A stretch of 64,000 bases of DNA from positions 186,001-250,000 of the forward strand of contig OZ025749.1 of NCBI GenBank assembly GCA_964019335.1, given 5' to 3'. The notes beneath the pieces are model-generated. The model saw nothing but the letters and a program-made list of their open reading frames with translations. It was not told where the DNA came from and searched no databases. Made by a program: the position numbers and the translations under genes. The stretch comes from Diplonema japonicum. Its lineage: Eukaryota; Protista; Euglenozoa: Diplonemea. Positions 18,799 through 29,638 of the stretch are shown piece by piece (position 1 is the first letter of the stretch; each line of letters starts with the position of its first letter).

Positions 18799-21700
18799 AT
18801 GGGCCCTGTGGGGTCCCTTCGCCCCCTCCGAGTTGTCACGTGGAACTGTAACTCGGTAAGGGGTGCCAAAACGACGACGCTGCTTCACCAAGCGAGAAAG
18901 AGGGAACTGGACGTCATCGCCATTCAGGAAACGAAGCTGGTGCAAGCTGACGAATTCCGGGCTCTGGGGTACCAAGTCTTCAGGAAGGACCGAACCGCCC
19001 AGGCTGGCAGTGGGAGGGGAGGTGGACTTGTCACCCTGGTCAAGAAGGACCTTCAGGCTCGCGAGGTGGTTTGTTTTGTCTCCGAAGACGTGGAAAGGCT
19101 CGATGTCGAAATCAGGTGTGACAGTTCCAAAGCGGTCATCTGCAACTTCTACCTGCCGCCCAGAGGCGGTCAGACCCTCCAGTTGGCCGACCTTCCCCAA
19201 GAAGACGACTACATCGCCTGCGGTGACTTCAACGCCCACCACTCAAGCTGGGACCATGCTGCGAAAGCTAACGACAGGGGCTGGACCGTATGGGAATGGA
19301 TGGAGAACAAGAACTTCGTGCTATGGAACAGACCGGACCGCCACACGTGGACGAGAGGAGGGAGCAGGTCTGTCCTTGACCTGATCCTCAGCAAGGATAA
19401 ATGGGAACCCAGGACGCCTTGCCACTTGGGTTCCTGGGGCTCTGACCACACACCCCTTCAATTCGAGGTCCCCCTACTGAGGCCGACTAGGAGAGCATAC
19501 ACGCCTGAGTTGTACAACTACCGGAAGGCAGACTGGGAAGCGTTCCAGAACTTTGTAGACGGGAGGCTTCGAGGGCTGGACGGTTGCAAACAGGTCACGA
19601 CCTTCGCCAAGAGGATCCAAGAAGCCCTGAGCGAAGCCGCAACAAGGCACATACCTCGGCACGGGTGTTTCACCGAGAGGAAGCCATGGTGGAACAGCGA
19701 ACTGGACACGGCCTTTGAAGAAAGGGACGCCCTCAGAGACGCCATCCTCAGGGGGGAATCCGAAGATCACGCAGGGCTCGCTGGGCTCAACAATGCAGTC
19801 AACGAGACGGTGAAGGCATCCAAAGATAAGTCATGGAGGAGCCTCTGCTCCAAGTTCAGCTCCTCCAAGAACTTGCCTGCGGCATTCAAGGCAGTCAAGG
19901 AGCTCGACGGCAGGTCATGGAGGCCACCGATGCCCCCCCTTCAACACGGCGACGCTCTTCTCACAGGCAACAAGGCTAGGGCCGATCGTCTCGGACGCTA
20001 CTACGAGACGATCTGCGGAGACGACACTGTCCCTGGTCTCGACACAACAGGACAGACGCAGGAACCCTACGAGGGCGGAACGGGCTACTTCACGATGGAC
20101 GAACTGCTGAGACAACTGCTCAGAACGAGAACGAAGAGTGCTGCAGGCGACGATGGAATCTTCAACGTGATGCTGATGCGTCTGGGTAGGGAATCCCTGA
20201 GAATCGTTCTACAGCTGTTCAATCTCTCCTGGGCGAGCGGGCAAGTTCCGGACACGTGGAAACTGGCACTAGTCGTCCCGATCCCGAAGCCGGGCAAAGA
20301 CCCCACGAAGATTGAGTCCTACCGCCCCATCAGCCTGACGAGCTGCCTCGGCAAGCTCATGGAAAGGATGGTCGAGGCCCGCGTGACGTATCTACTTGAC
20401 TCCCCGACAACGATGGTAGAGGGACTTCACCCCGCCCAGGCTGGCTTCAGGAAAGGGAGGTCCACCGAGGAGCAGGTTGCCGCCATCGTGCAGCATGTGA
20501 CGATAAAAAGGAACGCCGAAGTTAAGGAGGCATGCCTCACCATACTCTTTGACTTCTCAAAGGCGTTCGACAGGGTCAACCACGAGGCACTCATTCAGAA
20601 GATGTCTCAGAAGCGCTTCCCCACGGCCTACACCAGGTGGGTTTCCTCCTTCCTAACGTCCAGAACAGCGAGGGTAGTCGTGGAGGGTGTCAAGGGGACC
20701 CCTTACAAAATCAAGAGTGGCGTGCCTCAAGGTTCTGTACTCGGTCCAGTGCTGTTCACCATCTTCGTGGACGACCTAGCGAGGGAACTTGAGGGTCTGG
20801 CTGGGCTCTCCACGATCTACGCGGACGACGTCGCGGTAGTAGTCTCTGCCACAACAAGGACTGAGCTCGAGGCCAGGGCCACGGCGGTAGTGGGTGCTGT
20901 CGAAGACTGGTGTACACGATGGGGGATGCAGTTGAGCAGGGAGAAGACGCTGTACGTCCCCACCCCCAAATGCGAACCGTACGACTTCCACGTCTACTTC
21001 CCCTCGACCGGGGCGACGCATCCGGGCTTCGAATTCCAGCCGCTGGAGCTCAAGGGCCGACTCATCGCCGGGGGACCTACTCACCTGATCGGGAGGAGGC
21101 TCCTGTCCGTTAACCGCACGGCCACGACACGACGCGACGTCTCTGCACTCGTCTCCAAAGGGCTGGTGTATGAATTCTCCACGGCCGTCCCCGTCGCGAG
21201 GCGTGACAGGGCCAAGTATCTAGGGGTCATCCTTGACGCTGACTTGTCTTTCGGTGCCCATGCCCGCGACATCATCGAGAGATACGACAAACGAATTCGC
21301 ATACTGCGGCTCCTCTCCGGCTCGTCCTGGGGCAGTTCAGCAGCATCACTCAGGTCCTTGTACCTGGCCTACGTCCTACCGGTGTTCACCTACTCGATTG
21401 GCATCTTCTTCGCACTGATGTCTGCTCAAGACAGGAAGGCACTGTGCATGAGGCACGATGAGGCAGCCCGACGAATCACGGGGTGCGTCAAGAACACCTC
21501 CACCTCGGCTGTACTGTGTGAGGCCCGCTTGCGCCCGCTCGACCTGATGGCCGACGCTGCTTCTGCCATTCTACTGCAGAGGGCACTGAGGTGGGTGGGA
21601 ACCCCGGTGAACAGGGTGGTCAGGGGTGCAGCTACCGCAGGATGGGCCTTGGGAGCGCTGAAGGCGACGAGGAGTTCTGGGCTGAGTGCGGTTGCTTCCC

Positions 21701-22749
21701 TACCGCTAGGGCCTGATACGAGAGCCCCCCCCTGGGCGGAAGGCATCCACGTCGATCCCTACGCCACCGACACCAGGAGGACACTCCCCGACGATGTGAG
21801 GGCGGCAGCGGCTGCGGAAAAGCTGGACGAGATCCCAAGCGGCGCTCTGGTAGTGTACACGGACGGCTCGGTGATAAGGGGGAGAGGGGGAGCTGGGGTT
21901 GCCCTCAGAGTCCCCGACATGGACCTCACCCTTACCACCTCTCACGGGGCCGGCATGGTCTCCACACCCATGTGCGCCGAGGGCACCGCTATCCTGATGG
22001 GGTTGAAGGAGGCTGCGGAGGTGTACAAAACGGTCGTGAACCTGAGGGGCCGCCCTCTCTACCTGCTGACCGACTCACAGACGATGCTGCGGAGGCTCGC
22101 TGGAGGCCCCGGACAGCAGAGGGAGTCCACGGACAGACGGATCTGGGATGCCGCTTCCTGGCTCAGGGCCAAACGCTCTGGTGATGTGCACTTCTGGTAC
22201 ATCCCCTCCCACTGCGGTGTGACGGGGAACGAGCTCGCCGACGGAGCGGCCAGGGACGGGCTGTCGAAGTCGCCTTGCGGGGTTAGCTACCGCTCCAGCA
22301 AGGCGGCCATAAAAGCGTGGCTGAGAGGAAGGTCGCGTGCGAGATACAACAGCGACTCCCCCGGCCACCACCGCCTCGTCACCGGTGGCGAATGTCTCTC
22401 TCTCCCACCACTCAGTAGGAGGGATGAGGTCCTGATCATTCGGCTCCGGACCGGACACACGCCTTTGAATAGGGGGTACCTCCAGCTCAAGGGACCCCTG
22501 AGGGCTGAGGGGAGTCATCACCTCACCTGCCCCGCCTGCAACGTTCAATCACCGCTCGACGCTGATCACCTGCTGAGGGGCTGTCATTCTCTGGCTCCCA
22601 CAGCTAAGTCCTTCTACGACACTGGGCTGCCGCTCCGCGCGCTGCTTTCCAAGCACTCCGCCGAGGTCTGCGCCTTCATCGAGGCCTCCGGGCTCTTATC
22701 ATGGTCTGAGTGTGGGATCTTCCCCCCGGCCGACGCAGCACAAGGGTGA
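18799..22749 (+). CDS. A2 ORF2: APE, RT, RNase H, CCHC (Ingi/I-group-like), intact
   Basis: Uninterrupted ORF; RNase H residues YTDGS, AEGTAI, LTDSQ, GNELAD; CPAC...DHLLRGC. Confidence 0.93.
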   Translation: MGPVGSLRPLRVVTWNCNSVRGAKTTTLLHQARKRELDVIAIQETKLVQADEFRALGYQVFRKDRTAQAGSGRGGGLVTLVKKDLQAREVVCFVSEDVERLDVEIRCDSSKAVICNFYLPPRGGQTLQLADLPQEDDYIACGDFNAHHSSWDHAAKANDRGWTVWEWMENKNFVLWNRPDRHTWTRGGSRSVLDLILSKDKWEPRTPCHLGSWGSDHTPLQFEVPLLRPTRRAYTPELYNYRKADWEAFQNFVDGRLRGLDGCKQVTTFAKRIQEALSEAATRHIPRHGCFTERKPWWNSELDTAFEERDALRDAILRGESEDHAGLAGLNNAVNETVKASKDKSWRSLCSKFSSSKNLPAAFKAVKELDGRSWRPPMPPLQHGDALLTGNKARADRLGRYYETICGDDTVPGLDTTGQTQEPYEGGTGYFTMDELLRQLLRTRTKSAAGDDGIFNVMLMRLGRESLRIVLQLFNLSWASGQVPDTWKLALVVPIPKPGKDPTKIESYRPISLTSCLGKLMERMVEARVTYLLDSPTTMVEGLHPAQAGFRKGRSTEEQVAAIVQHVTIKRNAEVKEACLTILFDFSKAFDRVNHEALIQKMSQKRFPTAYTRWVSSFLTSRTARVVVEGVKGTPYKIKSGVPQGSVLGPVLFTIFVDDLARELEGLAGLSTIYADDVAVVVSATTRTELEARATAVVGAVEDWCTRWGMQLSREKTLYVPTPKCEPYDFHVYFPSTGATHPGFEFQPLELKGRLIAGGPTHLIGRRLLSVNRTATTRRDVSALVSKGLVYEFSTAVPVARRDRAKYLGVILDADLSFGAHARDIIERYDKRIRILRLLSGSSWGSSAASLRSLYLAYVLPVFTYSIGIFFALMSAQDRKALCMRHDEAARRITGCVKNTSTSAVLCEARLRPLDLMADAASAILLQRALRWVGTPVNRVVRGAATAGWALGALKATRSSGLSAVASLPLGPDTRAPPWAEGIHVDPYATDTRRTLPDDVRAAAAAEKLDEIPSGALVVYTDGSVIRGRGGAGVALRVPDMDLTLTTSHGAGMVSTPMCAEGTAILMGLKEAAEVYKTVVNLRGRPLYLLTDSQTMLRRLAGGPGQQRESTDRRIWDAASWLRAKRSGDVHFWYIPSHCGVTGNELADGAARDGLSKSPCGVSYRSSKAAIKAWLRGRSRARYNSDSPGHHRLVTGGECLSLPPLSRRDEVLIIRLRTGHTPLNRGYLQLKGPLRAEGSHHLTCPACNVQSPLDADHLLRGCHSLAPTAKSFYDTGLPLRALLSKHSAEVCAFIEASGLLSWSECGIFPPADAAQG

Positions 22750-23107
22750 TCGTGAGCCCATTATAGACCCCCCCCCTACCCCTTTGTCCCCCCCCCCCCC
22801 CCCCCCCCACACACACACTCACACGCAAATGGGCCAAGAAACAACCTCCCGGGAGGCAGCCACAGGGAAGGCCGGGAGGGCGCAGGGCGCAGCAAGAGAA
22901 CGCCCCTGCGTTCAGCCTCGAGGGGACCGCCCCGAATGTAATCAGCCAGGTCGGCTGTCCCAGGAAGGGGGAACGGAGCACCGAAGGGAAGGTTCAGCCC
23001 ACGTGGTGGCCCTCTCGGTTACTCCAGACAAAAGACTGGACACACCCCACACCCCTCCCCCCACCCCCAGTTTCCCCCCAGTGGTTATTATTGCAAAAAA
23101 AAAACAT

Positions 23108-23179
23108 GGGTACGTAGCTCAGTGGTAGAGCGTTCGGCTGCAGTCCGATTGGTCCCTGGTTCGAACCCGGGCGTGCCCT
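23108..23179 (+). tRNA. tRNA-Cys (GCA)
   Basis: Cloverleaf: acceptor GGGTACG/CGTGCCC, D arm GCTC/GAGC, loop CTGCAGT, T loop TTCGAAC, U discriminator, T-run after. Confidence 0.95.
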
Positions 23180-23257
23180 GTTTTCTTTCCTGTGATTTCT
23201 CAAGTTCGTCCTCCCACAGTGGAATATTCATTATTATTTCCGCAAAATGAGCGGGAT

Positions 23258-23329
23258 GGCTCAGTGGTCTAGTGGCATGATTCTCGCTTCGGGTGCGAGA
23301 GGTCCAGGGTTCGATTCCCTGCTGAGCCC
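23258..23329 (+). tRNA. tRNA-Pro (CGG)
   Basis: Acceptor GGCTCAG/CTGAGCC; CTCGC-TTCGGGT-GCGAG anticodon arm; TTCGATT; TTTT after. Confidence 0.95.
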
Positions 23330-23370
23330 CTTTTCCGCCCCCCCCACACTTTCAGGTTGGAGGACCAAAC

Positions 23371-24489
23371 ATGAACGATGATATTGTGAACGGGCACGAA
23401 GGAGGTGGTGTGGAGGCAACGGTGCCGGATTTACGCAAGCTGATGATTGTCGATGGGGTGCCCGTGGACACACGTAGCATGGTGAAGCTGGGATGTTTCG
23501 TAGGTGCGGTAAGTGTCATCGGGGTGCTGGTGATAAACATAAGAAAGTACAAAGCGTACGAATTAGAAGCGTTGCTGTGCCAACATGTAGGGAGGAAACA
23601 GGTGTCGCTGGTGAACTCAGATGTGATGAGGAGGGCAGATCTGCTGTTCAGGGGTGGTGTGGCTGTGCACATAGCGTGTTCACGGATATGCGACGAGACA
23701 TCAGATCTCTTGCTGATCATGCTGCAAGGTCGTGCAGCCGATGAAACGTTTAAGAAGACACTGAGCAATACAACCAGATACACACGGTTCACCACAGCAG
23801 CATGGGATGTTGTTGACTGCAACAACCCCTTCACATCCCCTTATAGATATCTTTCTACCTCGTATGGACACACACCGCTGACTAGGATCATCGCTACCGC
23901 GAAGAACGATTTTGAAAACAGCAAAATATGTTCCTTGGATCCGTTCGTGAAAGCTCTCGAAGTATTGGTTCTAGGCCCGACATCTCTCGACCCGAACACA
24001 CCCGATGAGAGGGGGTCAGCACCCATACATTCACTCAGCGAAGGTACAGCCAAACCGTCCAATTCCCTGGGGCAGAGCGGGCTTCGAGTTCTCATGGAAA
24101 ATTGTTGTTTGGATGTCAACGCAAAAAGAAGCTCGGACGGAGCAACAGCGTTGCACATCTTGTGCAGCAGATTGCTCAAGTCGAAGGATATTGGGTCATT
24201 GGTCTGCTGTATTTCAATGATACTTGCGCATGAGAAAATTGCTGTGAACACGACAAACTCGGAAGGGGACACTTGTCTGAATCTGTTGGTCAGTCTCCTG
24301 GCAAAAAGCGGAGAAGCTGTGTCTGCAGAAAACACCGAAGCGTGCCTCACCGTCGTCTCACTTCTCTTCCGCCACGGGGCTGATAAAGAAATTGCCAACA
24401 ACAAGCAGGTTCTCCCGTATATCGTGGCCTCTCGTGCTGGCCATCAGAAGCTTTGCAAACTTATCGCCTCCGATCCGCACGAACCGTGA
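23371..24489 (+). CDS. Ankyrin-repeat protein with a possible N-terminal transmembrane segment
   Basis: GHTPL, GSAPIH, GATALH, GDTCLN and HGADKEI motifs. Confidence 0.7.
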   Translation: MNDDIVNGHEGGGVEATVPDLRKLMIVDGVPVDTRSMVKLGCFVGAVSVIGVLVINIRKYKAYELEALLCQHVGRKQVSLVNSDVMRRADLLFRGGVAVHIACSRICDETSDLLLIMLQGRAADETFKKTLSNTTRYTRFTTAAWDVVDCNNPFTSPYRYLSTSYGHTPLTRIIATAKNDFENSKICSLDPFVKALEVLVLGPTSLDPNTPDERGSAPIHSLSEGTAKPSNSLGQSGLRVLMENCCLDVNAKRSSDGATALHILCSRLLKSKDIGSLVCCISMILAHEKIAVNTTNSEGDTCLNLLVSLLAKSGEAVSAENTEACLTVVSLLFRHGADKEIANNKQVLPYIVASRAGHQKLCKLIASDPHEP

Positions 24490-25168
24490 AGCCGTAAAGT
24501 AAAGCAAAAGCAAAAAGAGGGTATTTGCTAATCATCCAAAAGAAAAAGTTCAGTTTTTTTTTTTATTTCATCTTATTTTTAATTTTATACTTTCTTCCAC
24601 AGAATGTCCCTGAGCGGACAGTTTCTAATCTAGCCAACTCTTTTTCTCGGCTTCATCCTTTTTTTTTTAATACTTCTTTTGGTGATTCTTTGTTGCAAGG
24701 GACCACTCGAGTTTTTTTGGTAAGAAATCACAAGGGGCCAATAATCGTTTCCTGTTTCGGTAGCTTGCTTCCGTAGGCTCGAGGCCTTCAACTTCTTAAG
24801 GCCACAAAAGTGCGGCAGTATCGTCCACACAAAAATCTGAATCCTTTCTGGATTTTTTTCTTTTCTTTTGGACAGACTCATTTTCTTTTTCTTTACCCTC
24901 AACTCGATATTGCGTCCGGGCGGCAAAAGAACAAAAAAAAAATTATTTTTTGTGCGAGGAGTGGGGGGGGAACATATGCCCCCCTTGCCCGCAAATAAAC
25001 ATTTTATATCTTTCTTTTCTCCTCCTCCCCTCCTCCTTACCCCATATGTTCCATAACTGTGACGGGGGGGACTAAGAAAATAACCTCTTCCCCCCTTTTT
25101 TTTTATATCTTCTTCTTTCCAGGGTTCAAAGGTAGCTTAAAAGGAGAAAAAAGAGGGGGGAAAAAAAA

Positions 25169-25930
25169 ATGAAAAAACGGCAAACAATCCAAAACAAGAT
25201 CATCGATCTGCAAGCAAAGATGCTTGACGGGGCGGTTGTCCCGTTTTCGATCGACCAAGAGTACAACGTGGGGGAGATGAAGGAGGAGATCGCAAGGCTC
25301 ACCGGGGTTCTTGTCGAGAGCCAATCCCTGTGGTTTGAAGGACAAGAAATGAACGACGAGATGGTCTTGGTAGAGATAGGAATGGTGACAGGTGACAGGA
25401 TCGAGGTCAAGGTGTCGAAGTTACAAGTTGCAAAGGGCGAATTGAACCAAAGAGGCATTGAAACAGGAAACAAAGAACTACTTGAAGCAGCGCGATCAGG
25501 AGACATAGAAGTCCTGCAGTGGCTTCTCCAGGTGGGTGGTGACCCGAATGCCTTAGACCAAACTGAGTCCTCCGCCTTGATGCACGCAGCACAGGAATGC
25601 AGCCTTGTGGCCATGCAACTGCTTATTAACAATGGCGCAGACTTTAACTTCAAGGGATTCAGCGGGGAGACTGCAGCCTCATGGGCAGCAGCAAAGGGGC
25701 ACCTCGAAGCCCTGCAGGTGCTACAAGAAGCAGGCTGCGACCTCTCCATCCCCGACGATGACGGTGACACTCCCCTCATGTGGGCCGCTTCTAACGGGCA
25801 CCTCCCCGCGGTTCGGTTCCTCTCCCTCCACACATCCCACACCACAACTAACAACAACGGTGAAACAGCTTTGGAATGGGCCCGCGATGAAGGCCACCAT
25901 GACGTCGCCGACTTCCTTGACTCGATTTGA
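25169..25930 (+). CDS. Ubiquitin-like domain plus ankyrin-repeat protein
   Basis: UBL-like N-terminus (VGEMKEEIARLTGV..QSLWFEG); 4-5 ankyrin repeats (GDTPLMWAA, GETALEWA). Confidence 0.75.
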   Translation: MKKRQTIQNKIIDLQAKMLDGAVVPFSIDQEYNVGEMKEEIARLTGVLVESQSLWFEGQEMNDEMVLVEIGMVTGDRIEVKVSKLQVAKGELNQRGIETGNKELLEAARSGDIEVLQWLLQVGGDPNALDQTESSALMHAAQECSLVAMQLLINNGADFNFKGFSGETAASWAAAKGHLEALQVLQEAGCDLSIPDDDGDTPLMWAASNGHLPAVRFLSLHTSHTTTNNNGETALEWARDEGHHDVADFLDSI

Positions 25931-26096
25931 AGGCGCTCCGTGTAGAAAGGGGAAATCCATCATATTTATCATTTCCCATCTTTTTTCTTTTTTTTTTTTC
26001 TTCCTTCCAAGAGAGAAGAATGGGGGGAGGAAACATACACCCGAAAGGTACTTTAGATTTCAATAAAAAGAGAAAGAAACCTAGATTAAGAAGAAA

Positions 26097-28443
26097 ATGT
26101 CGATACAAGTTTTGAAGGGAAATGGCGAGAAGCAGGCGTTTGACCACAGCAAGCTTCAGAAGAGGATCGAGCACTTCATGTACGGGCTCGATGCCAGGTT
26201 CGTTGACGTTTTGGCTCTAGCGGACACGGTGGCAAAGGGGTCAGAGGCGGTGATGCCTTCCGATAAGATCGATGAGCTTCTGTCGCAATCGGCTGCGTAC
26301 CTGACCAGTCGCCACCCGGACTACTCACTTCTCGCCGGGCGTATTGCGGTATCCGCTTTGCACAAAGGGACTAAGTTCAGCTTCATCGAGACCTTCAAGG
26401 ATCTCTATGGTTTTGTGAACCCAAAGAACGGTGAGAAGGCTGCCCTCATCTCTCAAGAAGCGTACGACGTGGCGATGAAGCACGCCGACACCATCGAAGC
26501 TGCCATGAACTACAAGAACGATTTCAACTACGAGTACTTCGGTTTCAAGACGCTCGAGAGGTCGTACCTTCTGAGGCTCGAGAAGAACGGCAAGAGGTTC
26601 ATCGCCGAGAGGCCCCAACACATGCTTATGCGTGTGGCCATCGGCATCCACTTTGACAACATCGAAAGGGTGCTCGAGACCTACAAGCACCTCAGTGAGG
26701 GTATGTTCACCCACGCTACCCCCACGCTCTTCAACGCCGGGACCCCCAACCCTCAAATGTCCTCCTGCTTCCTTGTGGCCATGAAGGACGACTCCATCGA
26801 GGGTATCTACGACACGCTCAAGACATGCGCTCTGATCAGCAAGACAGCAGGCGGTATCGGTGTCCACGTCCACAACATCAGATCCAACGGTATGCCAGCA
26901 CCCTACTCACCCACACACACGACAGGGTCCTACATCAGGGGCACCAACGGTGAGTCCAACGGGCTCGTGCCCATGCTTCGTGTCTTCAACGACACTGCAA
27001 GGTACGTCGACCAGGGTGGTGGTAAGAGGAAGGGTTCCTTCGCTGTGTACCTGGAGCCTTGGCACGCCGATGTGTTCGACTTCATTCAGATGAAAAAGAA
27101 CACCGGGAAAGAAGAGGTATACAACAAAAGAGAGAAAACCAAAATGATTTGCGTCAACAGAACCGTGCGAGAGACTTGTTCTACGCCCTGTGGATCCCCG
27201 ACCTGTTCATGAAGCGTGTTCATGAGAACGGGACATGGTCGCTGTTCGACCCCAACTCCGCGAAGGGTCTCCACGAGGTGTGGGGGCAGGCCTTCGAGGA
27301 CTTGTACACAAAGTACGAGAGGGAAGGCCTTGCGTTGAAGACGGTCCCTGCCCACACCCTGTGGTTTGCGATCTTGCAGTCGCAGATTGAGACGGGAACC
27401 CCGTACTTGCTGTACAAAGACGCAGCGAACTCAAAGTCGAACCAGCAGCACCTTGGTACCATCAAGTGCAGCAACCTGTGCACGGAGATCATTGAGTACA
27501 CCGCTGCTGATGAAGTGGCAGTGTGCAACCTCGCATCCATCGCACTTCCAAAGTACGTTACGAAGAATGACGGCGACGCGACGTACGACCACGAGAAGCT
27601 GCACGCCATCACCAAGACAGTCACGTACAACTTGAACAAGGTGATCGACAGGAACTACTACCCGGTGATCGAGGCGGAGAACTCGAACATGAGGCACAGG
27701 CCCATCGGGATTGGTGTGCAAGGGTTGGCCGACGCTTTCATCATGATGGGGCTTCCGTTCTCATCCCCGAAGGCACAGAGGCTGCAGGAGGACATTTTCG
27801 AAACAATTTACCATGCTGCATGTGAGGCGTCAATGGAAATGGCGAAGGAAGAAGGCCCCTTCCAAACATGGAAGGGGTGCCCTATGTCAGAGGGGAAGTT
27901 CCAGTTTGACCTTTGGAAGGAGTCCCCCAAGTCGGGGAGATACCAGTGGGATGCTTTGCGGAAGGAGGTCATGCAGTTCGGGATGAGGAACTCCCTGTTG
28001 GTGGCGCCCATGCCAACAGCGTCCACCTCGCAGATCCTGGGGAACAACGAGTGTTTCGAACCATTCACGTCAAACATTTACCTGAGGAGGGTCCTCTCTG
28101 GAGAATTCCCTGTTGTTAACAAGTACCTTGTCCGCGACCTCATCGACGCCAAGCTGTGGAACGAGGACATCCGCAACCAGATCATCGCCTACAGCGGTTC
28201 GGTCCAGAAGATCTCTGTTATTCCCCAGCACATCAGGGAGCTCTACAAGACTGTGTGGGAGATTAAGCAGAAGGACCTCATTGATATGGCTGTGCAGAGG
28301 TCGAAGTACATTGACCAGTCGCAGTCCCTGAATCTGTTCCTGGAGTCCCCTACCAAAGGTCAGCTCACCTCCATGCACTTCTACGCTTGGAGCAAGGGGT
28401 TGAAGACCGGGCAGTACTACCTGAGGTACGCGGGGCAAATAGC

Positions 28444-28494
<51 letters not shown>

Positions 28495-28628
28495 ACAGGA
28501 CCCGACCGGCCGTCGACGCCATCAAGATGACTGTTGATACAAAACAGCTTTCCGCAACGGAGAAGAGCCAGGGCCAGGAAGGCAGTAAGAACAATGAGCC
28601 TGAGGAATGCTTGAATTGTGGTAGTTAA
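26097..28628 (+). CDS. RNR1: Ribonucleotide reductase large subunit; introns 26890-26925, 27117-27160, 28426-28498
   Basis: ATP cone; [30 protein letters not shown]. Splicing restores NIRSNGSYIRGT, KEE-NRARDLF and YYLRTRPA; C-terminal CLNCGS. Confidence 0.96.
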
Positions 28629-29244
28629 ACAGCGTGAAAGGTTTTTTTTTTTTGTTTTTTCTTTTTCTTTTCTTTTCTTTTTTTTTTTGGTCCGATTTTT
28701 TACCCCCCTTTTTTTTTCTTCCGTTTAGATTTTTTTTCTCCCTTTTTTTACATTAGATCCCCCCCCCCCCCCAACTATATTTCCTTCTGCTGCATCCTCT
28801 TTTCTGTAAAAAGAGGGCAAAAAAGAAGAAGAAAAAAAAAAAAAAAACACGCACGATTTGTTACTCACGTTGAAGTGTGTCTGCTATTTCCCCCTTTCCA
28901 ACCTTTGCAGAGGAGCGCCGATTCGAAATCGTTATCCCAGATTTGAGTGATTATTATTTTTGCCTATCGACCTCTCCTCTGTTGCCTTGGATTAAAATAA
29001 TAAATTACAAATGAAGAAAATTGGGTGCTAAAAGTAACCCTCCTCCCCCCTCCCCCTTTTCTTTTTGTACTGTAACTGCCCTATGTTAGTTAAAAAACAA
29101 GGAGGGTAAAAAAAAAGAGAAAACTAAATCACTGGGCTTTAGCCCGGTTTTTTCTCCATTTTGTTTAACCCATAAAATCGAAGAAAAAAAAAAAGAAAAA
29201 GCACGACGACAAGAAAAACAGGAAAGGAGAGAAAGTTTTTTTTC

Positions 29245-29277
<33 letters not shown>

Positions 29278-29638
29278 AAGAAACAAGCGTCTTCAAAAAA
29301 AAAGAAGGAAAACCAAACCGTGTGTTGTTTCTTCGTTTTTTTTTTTTTTTTTTTTTCTTTCCCCTTCTTTTTTTTCTTCTTTTTTTTACATATTTTTACA
29401 TTCCACCCCCACCCTTTTTTTTTGTTGGTCTTTTTTTTTATTTTTTTTATTCCCCCCTTTTTTTATGTTTCTTCCTCTCCATCTCCCCATTCATCTGCTC
29501 CCCCCCCTCCCCACCCCTTTTTTTCCCCTCCCCTCACCCCCCAATTCAATGGAAAAAAAAAATCAAATCGCATCTCCTTCTCAACTTCGATTTTTTATAA
29601 CAGAAGAGGACGGTGGGGAAAAGAGAAAAAAAAAAAAA

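Larger units (their letters stand above)
16658..23104 (+). mobile_element. Non-LTR retrotransposon family A, copy A2 (near full length), abutting tRNA-Cys
   Basis: ORF1, intact ORF2, structured 3'UTR and A10 tail, then CATGGGTA and the tRNA. Confidence 0.92.

Noticed and set aside
23134-23140. TCGGCTG shared by the tRNA-Cys anticodon arm and the LINE 3' hairpin, suggesting guide-like pairing
   Set aside because: Only 7-8 nt, away from the insertion point and sequestered in a stem; likely chance.
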